IMG/VR virus record: IMGVR_UViG_3300046780_001084
Coordinates: 1 to 54,672 of that record
Strand: one strand, 5' to 3'
Source: a virus
Taxonomy: Duplodnaviria; Caudoviricetes
DNA: 54,672 nucleotides
This document shows positions 35,369 through 43,581 of this stretch, in pieces. The notes beneath the pieces were generated by a model. The model was not told the origin of the DNA. It saw only the letters and a list, made by a program, of their open reading frames with translations, and made no database searches. A program made the position numbers and the translations under genes. The stretch's first letter is position 1. Each line of letters opens with the position of its first letter.

Positions 35369-35791
35369 TCAAAGCTTACGGGTCAAACCTTTGATAACGC
35401 CCTCACGGTCCTGGGCGCTGAGTAGATCTGAAGTCAGCTCGGCCGCGAGCGCGCGGTTGCGCTTCTCCAGCGACGCGTTTTCTTCGACGAGCTTGGAGGA
35501 CCGGATCAGCGTGCTCCCCAGCTCCCAGCCGACCTTGAACAGCTTCTTGCGGAGATCAGCATTCTTGCGCTGCTGGGCCTTCAGGGCGCGCTCCATATTC
35601 TTGCGGCGCGCGTTGGCGCCCCGGAGCCAGCTCCACTTCTCGTAGTTGCGCTCCTCCAGCTCGGCCAAGTCCTCCTGGCACCACTGGTCGTAGAGCTGCA
35701 TCCCCACGTCGTGCCCCCATCGGTACGCGAGGAGGATGAACACCGCGGCGGCGACGCACAGAAAGATGAAGAACCCGATCACGACCGGCAC
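35369..35791 (-). CDS. Membrane-anchored coiled-coil protein
   Basis: N-terminal TM, helical charged C-terminus. Confidence 0.7.
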   Translation of the reverse strand: MPVVIGFFIFLCVAAAVFILLAYRWGHDVGMQLYDQWCQEDLAELEERNYEKWSWLRGANARRKNMERALKAQQRKNADLRKKLFKVGWELGSTLIRSSKLVEENASLEKRNRALAAELTSDLLSAQDREGVIKGLTRKL

Positions 35792-36255
35792 TCCCCGAGG
35801 GCCTTCAGGCTCTCCAGCTCGATGCGGAGCTTGTCGCGGTCGGCCTCGGCCTCGACGCGCAGCTGGTGCGGCGTCTTACCGCCGGGGCGCTGGACGGTGA
35901 CGTAGATCGGCTTGTTGTCTCCGCCCTCCAGCGTGACCTCCAGGTAGTTGGGTGCCTCGGGGTGGTTGCTGAGATAGTGCGCGAAGGCCCAGCCCATGCA
36001 CTCAGACGCGCGCGAGCCGACCTCCAGGCCCTCCTTGGCCGCTTCCAGCACCAACGCAGCCAGGAGCAGGCCAGGGTTGTTACGGCCACGCTCCAGCATG
36101 TCCTCGACGAGCGCGTACGCCTGCTGTAGCTCCACCATCTCCTTGACGATCATCCCGCGGCAGCGGCGCGCGAAGCCCTTCCAGGCCCCAGCCCACTTAT
36201 GGGCGACCTCCAGCTCCCGGTGCAGGGAATCGATGTACAGCTCGTCCCACGGCAT
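35779..36255 (-). CDS. Hypothetical phage protein
   Basis: True start ATG 36255 MPWDELYID; APNYLE..VTVQRPGGKTPHQLR motif. Confidence 0.75.
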   Translation of the reverse strand: MPWDELYIDSLHRELEVAHKWAGAWKGFARRCRGMIVKEMVELQQAYALVEDMLERGRNNPGLLLAALVLEAAKEGLEVGSRASECMGWAFAHYLSNHPEAPNYLEVTLEGGDNKPIYVTVQRPGGKTPHQLRVEAEADRDKLRIELESLKALGECRS

Positions 36256-36434
36256 CAGTATCGGTCCCTGTCGTCGGCGCGGGTGCTGCGCAAAAACTCC
36301 AGCTCGTCCTGAAGACGGCCGATCTCTTGCTTGGACTCCCGGAGAGCGCGCTCCAGGTAGGCGACAGACTCCCGGAGCTGCTCCACCTCGGACGGCGGGT
36401 TGATGCCCGCCATGTACTCGGTCGCGTTGTCCAT
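36255..36434 (-). CDS. Small coiled-coil protein, 59 aa
   Basis: MDNATEYMAGINPPSEVEQLRESVAYLERALRESKQEIGRLQDELEFL; fills the gap, TGATG coupling. Confidence 0.65.
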   Translation of the reverse strand: MDNATEYMAGINPPSEVEQLRESVAYLERALRESKQEIGRLQDELEFLRSTRADDRDRY

Positions 36435-36437
36435 CTT

Positions 36438-37193
36438 CTACTCGAACTTCTTGAACTCGGTGCGCGAGCGCGCCTGACGCTCGTTCAGCCAGTCCCTGAC
36501 GTTCCCCTCGCCCAGCGGGGCTTCGTGGTCGGGGATGGCGAAGTACACGATCGAGTGCTGCGCCGTCTCGGACGCGAGGACCTCGTGCGGCGTGGCCGGG
36601 CCGAGACCGATGGCCTCGCCGAGCTGGCCGAGGTGTGCTTGTGCGTTGAGCAGGCGGATCTTCCTGATCGCCTCTCCCACGGGCCTGGTCCGGGACACGC
36701 TGCCGTCCGGATGCAACGCCACGATGCGGCTGGGCTCGACGTGCCCCGGATCGAGCGCGCCCGGAGGCCATCGTGTCGGGGAGCTGCCGCCCAGCTGCGG
36801 CTCGTCGTGTGAGACGAACCGGTCGGGCTGGTCGCGGTAGATCATGAGCGTGAACAAGTCGAAGTCCTCGTGCAGGTTGCTCGCGGCGCCCGGCGGGTAG
36901 TCGAGGATGCGGAGCGCGCCGTAGCGAATGTCCGGCAGGTACGCGGACGGGATCTTCGCCAAATCCGCTGCCGCGCGGGCGAGGTTGAAGGCCTTCTCCA
37001 GGTAGGGCGTCAAAGCTTCGCGCTGGGCGTCGGTCTTGAAGTACTTCGGCGCGACGTGCGCGTAGAGCTTCTCGGCGTCGACCTTGCCGTCGCCGTTCGG
37101 GATCTCCTTGACCTCGGGCTTGTACCCGGAGTAGTCGGGGACGAACACCAACGCGTGCAGGGCGTCGTACTCCTCTTTCGTGAACAGGCTCAT
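36438..37193 (-). CDS. 2-oxoglutarate/Fe(II)-dependent oxygenase (IPNS-like fold)
   Basis: LRILDYP..HEDFDLFTL (HxD)...PHEV...SIVYF. Confidence 0.8.
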   Translation of the reverse strand: MSLFTKEEYDALHALVFVPDYSGYKPEVKEIPNGDGKVDAEKLYAHVAPKYFKTDAQREALTPYLEKAFNLARAAADLAKIPSAYLPDIRYGALRILDYPPGAASNLHEDFDLFTLMIYRDQPDRFVSHDEPQLGGSSPTRWPPGALDPGHVEPSRIVALHPDGSVSRTRPVGEAIRKIRLLNAQAHLGQLGEAIGLGPATPHEVLASETAQHSIVYFAIPDHEAPLGEGNVRDWLNERQARSRTEFKKFE

Positions 37194-37507
37194 GCCTTCC
37201 CTTTTCGCGTGAAGACGATGGAGAGCGGCAGCAGCGCGACCGCACCCGAGAGGATGGAGAGCGCGAACACGTGCACGAAGAGCCCGTAGATCGCGAGGCC
37301 TGAGGTGATGGCAGCGAGACAGATGTATCCGTGGAGATACACTCCGTTCAGCGGCTGGTCCGCGGTCTTGACGTTGAAGAACGCCAGCAGCCCGGTGATG
37401 ACCAGCGCCTTAGGTGCGTGCGTGATGGCGAACGCGGCCACGCCCAGCGCCATGCAGATGAGCACGGGCAGGTACTTCAGCTGGAACGGGTTCTTCAGGA
37501 AGTCCAT
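37190..37507 (-). CDS. Small integral membrane protein
   Basis: 105 aa, about four hydrophobic segments, GGAG RBS. Confidence 0.75.
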   Translation of the reverse strand: MDFLKNPFQLKYLPVLICMALGVAAFAITHAPKALVITGLLAFFNVKTADQPLNGVYLHGYICLAAITSGLAIYGLFVHVFALSILSGAVALLPLSIVFTRKGKA

Positions 37508-37510
37508 GTT

Positions 37511-38041
37511 CTACTCCATCGGCTTGAACAGCGGGTTGTGGCGCAGAGCCTTCTTGATCTTGCGGCGAACGATGTCCTTCTTCACGGGGCCCCATCCGTC
37601 CGAGAACATCTTCCCGTCCAGGTGGTCCATCTCGTGCTGGGCGCACTGGGCCTCGATGCCGTCCAGGTCCCAGAGCTTGCGCTCGCCCGACTCGATGTCG
37701 AGCGCGCTGACGATGACACCGGTCCGGCGGAGCACCTGCTGGGTCCATCCCGGGATCGAAAGGCAACCCTCGTCCAGCGCGACGTAGTCGCCATCGTAGG
37801 AATCGATCTCGGGGTTGACGAAGTGCTGGACACCACCGGTCTTCGTCCGCATCGAGAACACCCGGTCAGCGTTCCCCGTCTGAATCGCCGAGATGCCGAC
37901 GCCGCGGTACCACGTCAGGGTCTCTCCCAGGTCCTTCAGGAAGCTCTGGAAGGCCTCCGAGCGGGCCATGTCCGGGTCCACAGGCTCCGAGACCTCACGG
38001 AGTCTCGCATTGGGGTAGAGCAGTAGGGGCAAACGCGCCAT
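37511..38041 (-). CDS. def: Peptide deformylase
   Basis: GVGISAIQ, EGCLSIPG, QHEMDHLDG motifs. Confidence 0.97.
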   Translation of the reverse strand: MARLPLLLYPNARLREVSEPVDPDMARSEAFQSFLKDLGETLTWYRGVGISAIQTGNADRVFSMRTKTGGVQHFVNPEIDSYDGDYVALDEGCLSIPGWTQQVLRRTGVIVSALDIESGERKLWDLDGIEAQCAQHEMDHLDGKMFSDGWGPVKKDIVRRKIKKALRHNPLFKPME

Positions 38042-38046
38042 ACCCT

Positions 38047-38060
38047 ACTTCTACGGAATC
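38047..38060 (-). promoter_or_regulatory. Phage motif GATTCCGTAGAAGT
   Basis: Ends 5 nt before the def ATG. Confidence 0.65.
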
Positions 38061-38254
38061 TAGGCCTTGGGGACCTCGTCTTCGATCGTGACGAAGGCGC
38101 GGGGCATCCGGACGTTGTAGATGCCGGTGCCGGCGTCGTCCTTGGCCCAGAACTTCCCCACAACGAAATCGCCCTCTTCCAAGAGCAGCCACCCGCGGAG
38201 ACCCAGCCACGCGCTGGGGCCCGACTTGACCGTGACGATCTTCCTTAGGCTCAT
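38060..38254 (-). CDS. Hypothetical protein, 64 aa
   Basis: ATG 38254 with GGAGG RBS, ATGA overlap. Confidence 0.7.
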   Translation of the reverse strand: MSLRKIVTVKSGPSAWLGLRGWLLLEEGDFVVGKFWAKDDAGTGIYNVRMPRAFVTIEDEVPKA

Positions 38255-38466
38255 CGGCGCCTCCGTTTGGGGCCCTTGGACACCATCGAAGTGGCGTCCA
38301 CGTCGGCCTTGATTTTGTCGATCATTGCCCGCAGAATCACGCTGACGTCCGGCCGCCCACCGCCCTTGTCCATGACGCCCTTGAGCGCCTCCGCCCGCAA
38401 CCACAGATACTGGTCGGGGCGCAGGTACATCGTGAGCTTGTAGAGGCCGTTGGAGGCTGTACTCAT
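38251..38466 (-). CDS. Ribbon-helix-helix-like DNA-binding protein
   Basis: KLTMYLRPDQYLWLRAEA...VSVILRAMID pattern. Confidence 0.65.
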   Translation of the reverse strand: MSTASNGLYKLTMYLRPDQYLWLRAEALKGVMDKGGGRPDVSVILRAMIDKIKADVDATSMVSKGPKRRRR

Positions 38467-38660
38467 TTGTTGCGTCGAATCCTGTTCTGCTGGTTGGAGG
38501 TCGACTTGGGCTTCTCGATGTGGATCATCGGGATCGGGTCCTTCTTGGTGGTTGGCACCTTAGACTCGAAACCGCAATTCTGGCAATACCCTTCCTCCCA
38601 TGTACCGTTGGCGAATGTGCTGTAGAGACCGACATGATAGCAGGCGGGGCACTGGCGCAA
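38463..38660 (-). CDS. Small zinc-ribbon protein
   Basis: TTG start with AAGGAGG; CPAC...CQNCG. Confidence 0.65.
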   Translation of the reverse strand: MRQCPACYHVGLYSTFANGTWEEGYCQNCGFESKVPTTKKDPIPMIHIEKPKSTSNQQNRIRRNK

Positions 38661-38719
38661 GTCAGAGTCCTCCTTCTGTTTAGATTGCTACCCTCCCGAC
38701 ACGAAGCCCGGGAACAGAA

Positions 38720-39211
38720 TCAGGTGTTCTGGCAGTCGCCGTGCGCGCCTTCGATCGGCGAGCCGCAGTCGAGGCAGGAGTCCTCGATCTCTTCGGCCGG
38801 CAGCGCGCCCATGACGATCTCGTCCAGCTCGGGCTCGCTGAAGAAGAAGCTCATCTCGCGCAGAGCGCTCGCGATCGAGTCGGAGCCGTGGACCGCGTTG
38901 CGCTCCGAGAAGTTCGGGTCGGCCTCCACCTTGCGGATGCCCTTCATGACCTCGCGCCACACCTCGTAGGTCTTCTCCTCGGTGCCGCGCAGCACAGCCA
39001 CCACGCACGGGCCCGACGACATGAACTTCACGAGCTTGTCGTAGAAGGGCTTGCCGAAGTGCTCCATGTAGAAGGCACCGGCCACAGCCTCCGTCATGCG
39101 GATCCACTTCAGCTGCTCGATGCGGAGTCCCTGGACCTCGGCCATCTGAAGGCAGAATCCGACCGCGCCCTTGGCGACGGCGTCGGGCTTGATGATTGCG
39201 AGAGTCCTCAT
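38720..39211 (-). CDS. ndk: Nucleoside diphosphate kinase
   Basis: RTLAIIKPDAV, FY.EH.GKPF, SSGP, RNAVHGSDS; extra C-terminal CxxC..HxxC tail. Confidence 0.95.
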   Translation of the reverse strand: MRTLAIIKPDAVAKGAVGFCLQMAEVQGLRIEQLKWIRMTEAVAGAFYMEHFGKPFYDKLVKFMSSGPCVVAVLRGTEEKTYEVWREVMKGIRKVEADPNFSERNAVHGSDSIASALREMSFFFSEPELDEIVMGALPAEEIEDSCLDCGSPIEGAHGDCQNT

Positions 39212-39456
39212 GCGTTCTCCTGTTCCGCCTCGGCCGCGACGATCCAGCGTGAGCCGTCGTGGTAGATGGCCATCTTCTCGGGGAAGCCGGGGCCGCAGCG
39301 AAGCAGCGCCGGCTGGTCCACGAACTCCTGGAGGAGCCGGTGGAGCGCCCGGTCCTTGGTGCCGTCGTCTGCGCTCGAAGGGTCATGGTACAGCCGGAAG
39401 CTGTGCCGGAACCGCTTCTCGCTGATCTGAACCGGCTTGTCGACCACCTTGTTCAT
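39208..39456 (-). CDS. Hypothetical protein
   Basis: 82 aa, coupled to ndk. Confidence 0.75.
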   Translation of the reverse strand: MNKVVDKPVQISEKRFRHSFRLYHDPSSADDGTKDRALHRLLQEFVDQPALLRCGPGFPEKMAIYHDGSRWIVAAEAEQENA

Positions 39457-39459
39457 GGC

Positions 39460-39642
39460 CTATTCCTCTTCCGACCCCGGGCCGCCCTCTTCGTCGTCGT
39501 CATCGACGAGCGACGGAACTTCGTCCACGAGCTTTTCGAGGACGAGGTCGGCGATCTCGTCCTCCTCCTCCGGCGTGAGGGCGTCGATGTTGACGTCCTG
39601 GATTGCGTCGATGACGATGTCGCGGATGCTCTTACGGGTCAT
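39460..39642 (-). CDS. Small highly acidic protein
   Basis: ATG 39642; 60 aa with 22 D/E. Confidence 0.7.
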   Translation of the reverse strand: MTRKSIRDIVIDAIQDVNIDALTPEEEDEIADLVLEKLVDEVPSLVDDDDEEGGPGSEEE

Positions 39643-39649
39643 GAAAGCC

Positions 39650-40240
39650 TCAGATTCTGTAGTTGGTGGGGACCTGCTGCGAGTAGAACTCGAAGAGGGA
39701 CAGGTTGAGCGGTGCCTCCAGCGCAAGCTGGTGGGTCGCCCAGTCGCGCCAGTACCCGAGGATCACGAGCGGGTCCTTGGTGGAGGTGGGCTTGATCTCC
39801 AGCTCCAGGAACTTCTTCGCGGTGGCGAGGTCGTCGGCTCGGCGCACGCTGTAGAGCGCAGACTCCATCTCGTATCCGTCCCGATCGTAGACGAAGAGGT
39901 CGATGTAGTCCTTCACGAGCGTGAAGAGCGGCTTGTACCCGGTCCCGCTCATGAACACCTCGACGTCGCTCACGGTCGCGCTTGGAGACAGGCCAAGGTT
40001 CACCTCGGAGCGTTCGACGAGCGTTTCCTGGCTCTTGCGCTTCTTGACGGTCAGCTCCATCGAGCCGTCGCCCTTGATCCGATGGCGCACGACGTGCGTC
40101 CCGCGCTGCCAGAACGTGTCCTGGTGCTTGAAGTTGGAGAACTTCGTGGGCCTCGCCTCCATCATAAGGCGTCGGAACTCCTGCTCGTCGACGTGATCCG
40201 CCGCGAACTTGTACTCCCGCTCCATGTGTGCTTCGTTCAT
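39650..40240 (-). CDS. CYTH (triphosphate tunnel metalloenzyme) family protein
   Basis: N-terminal EREYKF (ExExK), VRHR, LTVK, RSEVN, FLELEI. Confidence 0.85.
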   Translation of the reverse strand: MNEAHMEREYKFAADHVDEQEFRRLMMEARPTKFSNFKHQDTFWQRGTHVVRHRIKGDGSMELTVKKRKSQETLVERSEVNLGLSPSATVSDVEVFMSGTGYKPLFTLVKDYIDLFVYDRDGYEMESALYSVRRADDLATAKKFLELEIKPTSTKDPLVILGYWRDWATHQLALEAPLNLSLFEFYSQQVPTNYRI

Positions 40241-40860
40241 CAGAACTCCAGTGTCAGGGTCAGCCCGCCCATGCCGTGGCTGTTGGCCCAGACGCCTCCC
40301 ATCACAGGTCCGAAGATCCGGTGCTCGACGTTCAAGCCCAACACCGTGTACTTTACCAGATCTGAGTTGAAAGGCAAGAGGGAATACGGCTCGCTCTTGT
40401 GCAAGAGCGCGGCCATGTCGAATCCCGTGTTGACGCTGAGGCGCCAGTCGGAGTGGACATTGTTGATGACGGTCTTGGTGACCTCGTGCTCCTCGATCTT
40501 GACGTCATGCACCACCTCGGTGGACTTCGTCTTGTCCTTCTCGTCGACCTTGTTCTGCTCCTCGGTGTTGGTCTTCGTCTTGTCGTCCGTCGTCACCGTC
40601 GTAGTGACCGTGCCGTCCTTCGCCTTGACGGTGGTCTTGACCTTGTGCACGTCCTTCTGCTGCTGGATCGCGATGTTCTGGAGGGCCGCGATGACCTTGT
40701 CCGTTTCCACTTCCTTGACGATCTGGACGTCGTGAACCACGACAGTCTTCTCGGTCACCACCACCTTGGCTGGTTGTGCGTAACGCCCCGTGGCGTATCC
40801 GCCCGCGACCAGCGCCAGCGCGATGCCGGCCAGAATGCTGTACTTCTTCAGTCCGCTCAT
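40240..40860 (-). CDS. Membrane-anchored protein (possibly spanin-like)
   Basis: ATG 40860 with GGAGG; N-terminal TM, K/T/E-rich extended region, C-terminal beta strands ending in F. Confidence 0.7.
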   Translation of the reverse strand: MSGLKKYSILAGIALALVAGGYATGRYAQPAKVVVTEKTVVVHDVQIVKEVETDKVIAALQNIAIQQQKDVHKVKTTVKAKDGTVTTTVTTDDKTKTNTEEQNKVDEKDKTKSTEVVHDVKIEEHEVTKTVINNVHSDWRLSVNTGFDMAALLHKSEPYSLLPFNSDLVKYTVLGLNVEHRIFGPVMGGVWANSHGMGGLTLTLEF

Positions 40861-40883
40861 TCTCGTACCCTCCGTCTCATTGA

Positions 40884-40893
40884 CTACTGAATC
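40884..40893 (-). promoter_or_regulatory. Phage motif GATTCAGTAG
   Basis: Upstream of ATG 40860, back-to-back with a sigma70 promoter. Confidence 0.55.
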
Positions 40894-40898
40894 TTCCC

Positions 40899-40927
40899 TT
40901 GACAAAGCAAGTCCCGTGCCATAGACT
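40899..40927 (+). promoter_or_regulatory. Sigma70-type promoter TTGACA-17-TAGACT
   Basis: Near consensus; upstream of 40979 (GAGGAG RBS). Confidence 0.75.
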
Positions 40928-40978
40928 CAGCGCATCAGAGTCTAGCAAGACCTGTACCACCCACGAAAGAGGAGCACT

Positions 40979-42151
40979 ATGGTCTCGAAATTTGAAACGC
41001 GCATTACAAATCAGCTCAAGTCCTGGCTCGCAGCGGTCGGCATCGGCTTCGAGGATAGCACGAACGGGCTGGTCGTCACCAGCAAAGAAGGGTCGAAGGT
41101 ACCGGTCACCGTGGTGATGAAGGGTACGGTCCCCGCCACGGGCCTTTCCATCCAGGCCAAGGACGTGGGCGCCAGGGACCTCAGGAAGGCCCTGAAGGCC
41201 TTCGGCGGGCTCCAGGAGGCCCTGGGGTACACGCCCCCAAAGGTCCCCGTAGATCGAGGCCCCGTGCCCACCCGCAAGGCCCACTTCTCGGACGACTTCG
41301 AGCTGGTGGCCCTGCGCCACAACGACTTCCGCCGCTCGCCGAACCCGACGAACGCGGAGCTGATGTCGTTCAAGACCGTGATCGACAAGGCGGTTTGGTG
41401 GTTCTTCAAGAAGAACATCCAGAACTGCGCCGACCACGGCATGGAGGTCGATGACCTGCGCTCCTACGCCATGGCCTGGACGTGCAGCTACCTCGCCCTC
41501 TACCGGACCGAGGAGAGCCGCGAGGTCAACGAGAAGCACCTCTGCCAGTCGCTGAAGCAGCGGTTCATGGACTTCCGCGACTACCTCGACAAGAAGGCCC
41601 GCAACGTGCTGCCGATGCTGGACGATGCCTACATCGCCCTCCACGGGCGGCCGTACGAGTACAGCAACAAGAGCGAGTGGTACGCCACCGAGGCCGACCA
41701 GGACAACGACTGGGAGATCCCGCCCGGCGGCGAGGACAAGGAATCCGAGGCCGCCAAGCACAGCCGCAAGGACGCCACCGTCGCCCTGGACGAGGCCCTG
41801 GCCGCGCTGCCGCACGAGCGCCTGGTGGAGGTGCTGTCGGACGCCGTGAAGAACGACCGCATCCACCTGGATGCGCGCCGCGCGGCTTCCCGGAAGCTCC
41901 AGATGCACGCCCGGAAGTGCACCGAGTGCTCGGGGGCAGACCTGCCCCGCGCGCCCGGGGACGGCTCCGTGCCGAACAACCTGCCGATCCAGGACGAGAA
42001 GGGCACCGTGTTCCAGAGCGCCAAGGAGGCGGCCCAGGCCCACAAGGTCTACCCGAGCAACGTCCGCGCCGTCCTCAGCGGCCGGTACAGTCACACGGGC
42101 GGTCACCGCTTCAGCTACGTCCGGCCGGTATCCGCCACGGCGCAAGCCTAA
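40979..42151 (+). CDS. Putative phage transcription factor (sigma region-2-like core, C-terminal NUMOD1-like HTH)
   Basis: Lone plus-strand gene in this block; VIDKAVWWF..HGMEVDDLRSYA; FQSAKEAAQAHKVYPSNVRAVLSGRYSHTGGHRFSY. Confidence 0.6.
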   Translation: MVSKFETRITNQLKSWLAAVGIGFEDSTNGLVVTSKEGSKVPVTVVMKGTVPATGLSIQAKDVGARDLRKALKAFGGLQEALGYTPPKVPVDRGPVPTRKAHFSDDFELVALRHNDFRRSPNPTNAELMSFKTVIDKAVWWFFKKNIQNCADHGMEVDDLRSYAMAWTCSYLALYRTEESREVNEKHLCQSLKQRFMDFRDYLDKKARNVLPMLDDAYIALHGRPYEYSNKSEWYATEADQDNDWEIPPGGEDKESEAAKHSRKDATVALDEALAALPHERLVEVLSDAVKNDRIHLDARRAASRKLQMHARKCTECSGADLPRAPGDGSVPNNLPIQDEKGTVFQSAKEAAQAHKVYPSNVRAVLSGRYSHTGGHRFSYVRPVSATAQA

Positions 42152-43185
42152 CGGATACTGATGAACAGCTTCCCCGCGCCGACCGGCTTGGCGGCGCGGA
42201 AGAGGTCGTGGACCTCCTGGAAGCTCATCTCGCCGAGGTCGTGGTAGGGCTTCGGCGGGACCATCACGTAGGTCTCCATGTCCGAGAACTCGCGCACGAG
42301 CCTCGACGTCTCCTTGGCGGCGTCGGGGTCGAGCGCGAGGTAGATGCGCTTGATGCCCGAGCCCCAGATGGCGCTGACCTGCTCGCGCGTGAGTCGCGAG
42401 GGGTCCCGCAGCGTTCGGATCTGGCCGGGTCCGATGGCCTTGCCCATCGTGGCCACGTTGCCTCCGCAGGCGTCGGCCTTGATGGCATCGATCGGACCTT
42501 CGCAAACGACCGCGTGCTCCGAGTCGACGAGGTTGTTGGCGAACATCACGACGTGCGCGGTGGGCACGTCCTTGCTCGAAAGCATCTTCGCCGCGGTCTG
42601 GACCCGCTCCTCCTCATCGCTCCACACCTCGTGCGGAACGATGAGACGCTTCTGCCAGCCTACCAGTCGGTCCCCCAGCTCGACCGGAAAGACGACCCGG
42701 CGCTCGGTCGGGGCGTACCTGAGATGGTAGCGCTTCGCCATCTCCAGATCGATGCCACGGCCGGCGAGGTACTCGACGCCTTTGACCGCGTGCTTGTGCG
42801 TGATCGGAAAATAGTCCAAGGGATAGGCCATCGTCGGGATGTCCACGGCGTCAACGTCGATGATGTCGTCGTCCCCGAAGAACTCGCCGAGCTGGATGTC
42901 CAGCTCGATGGCAGTGCCGGAGAAGTTCGAGCCGTAGAGGAAGGTGCGAACCTCCTTCAGCGGGGTCAGGGCCAGATCGGCGAGCGCGAACTCCGGGCGG
43001 CCCTGGAACCGGAACTCACCGGTCGCGCACTTGAAGCACTTGAACTTGCCGTTCCGCTTCTCCATGTAGAGCTTCTGCACCCCGCGGCACCGGGGGCAGT
43101 CGAAGACGTAGCTTCGGGAGTTTTGCTTGTACGAGAGGCCGTGGCCCTCGACGAACTCCCGCAGCTTTTCGCCGTCGCAGATCAC
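42148..43185 (-). CDS. DNA primase (Zn finger + TOPRIM)
   Basis: GTG 43185; CPRC..CFKC, YLAGRGI, RVVFP, VCEGPIDA, LALDPDA. Confidence 0.9.
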   Translation of the reverse strand: MICDGEKLREFVEGHGLSYKQNSRSYVFDCPRCRGVQKLYMEKRNGKFKCFKCATGEFRFQGRPEFALADLALTPLKEVRTFLYGSNFSGTAIELDIQLGEFFGDDDIIDVDAVDIPTMAYPLDYFPITHKHAVKGVEYLAGRGIDLEMAKRYHLRYAPTERRVVFPVELGDRLVGWQKRLIVPHEVWSDEEERVQTAAKMLSSKDVPTAHVVMFANNLVDSEHAVVCEGPIDAIKADACGGNVATMGKAIGPGQIRTLRDPSRLTREQVSAIWGSGIKRIYLALDPDAAKETSRLVREFSDMETYVMVPPKPYHDLGEMSFQEVHDLFRAAKPVGAGKLFISIR

Positions 43186-43577
43186 TTGCGCGGGGGAGCG
43201 CCGTGCTGCTCCATGCAGTTGACGGCGATGCCCGCAACCTTGCGCACGAATTCGAGAGCGCGCTGCTCCGGCTTCTTCTCGGTCGACCACTCGTGCTTGG
43301 CTCGGTCGGTGTACTCCGACAGCAGCAGGATGAACTCTCCGATCGTCAACTTGTTGCCCTGCCACAGGTCATCCTGGTACGCCCGCTCGGTATCGATGGC
43401 GGCGTAGACCTCGGCCCTGGTTGCCACCGGAACCTTCGGCTGGACGTAGTCGCATCTTCCTCCCGCGGTCCGCTCCGCGCGCGTGTTGTCGAAAGGCTTG
43501 TGATAGTAGTGCCCCTCTGAGCCGCACGCTCCCGGAGAGTTCGTGCAGCGCTGACCTGGCTTCAAGTTCTTGCTCAT
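43182..43577 (-). CDS. Hypothetical protein with MazG-like all-alpha domain
   Basis: ATG 43577; AIDTERAYQD..W..LLSEY...RKVAGIAV. Confidence 0.6.
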   Translation of the reverse strand: MSKNLKPGQRCTNSPGACGSEGHYYHKPFDNTRAERTAGGRCDYVQPKVPVATRAEVYAAIDTERAYQDDLWQGNKLTIGEFILLLSEYTDRAKHEWSTEKKPEQRALEFVRKVAGIAVNCMEQHGAPPRK

Positions 43578-43581
43578 GGCT

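Noticed and set aside
35367-35372. TTGACA on the minus strand
   Set aside because: Coincides with a stop codon and is immediately followed by the RBS and start; no -10 box at proper spacing
39653-39662. GATTCTGTAG on the plus strand
   Set aside because: Variant of the middle motif in antisense orientation to local genes; not counted, could be chance or a weak AATCT variant on the minus strand
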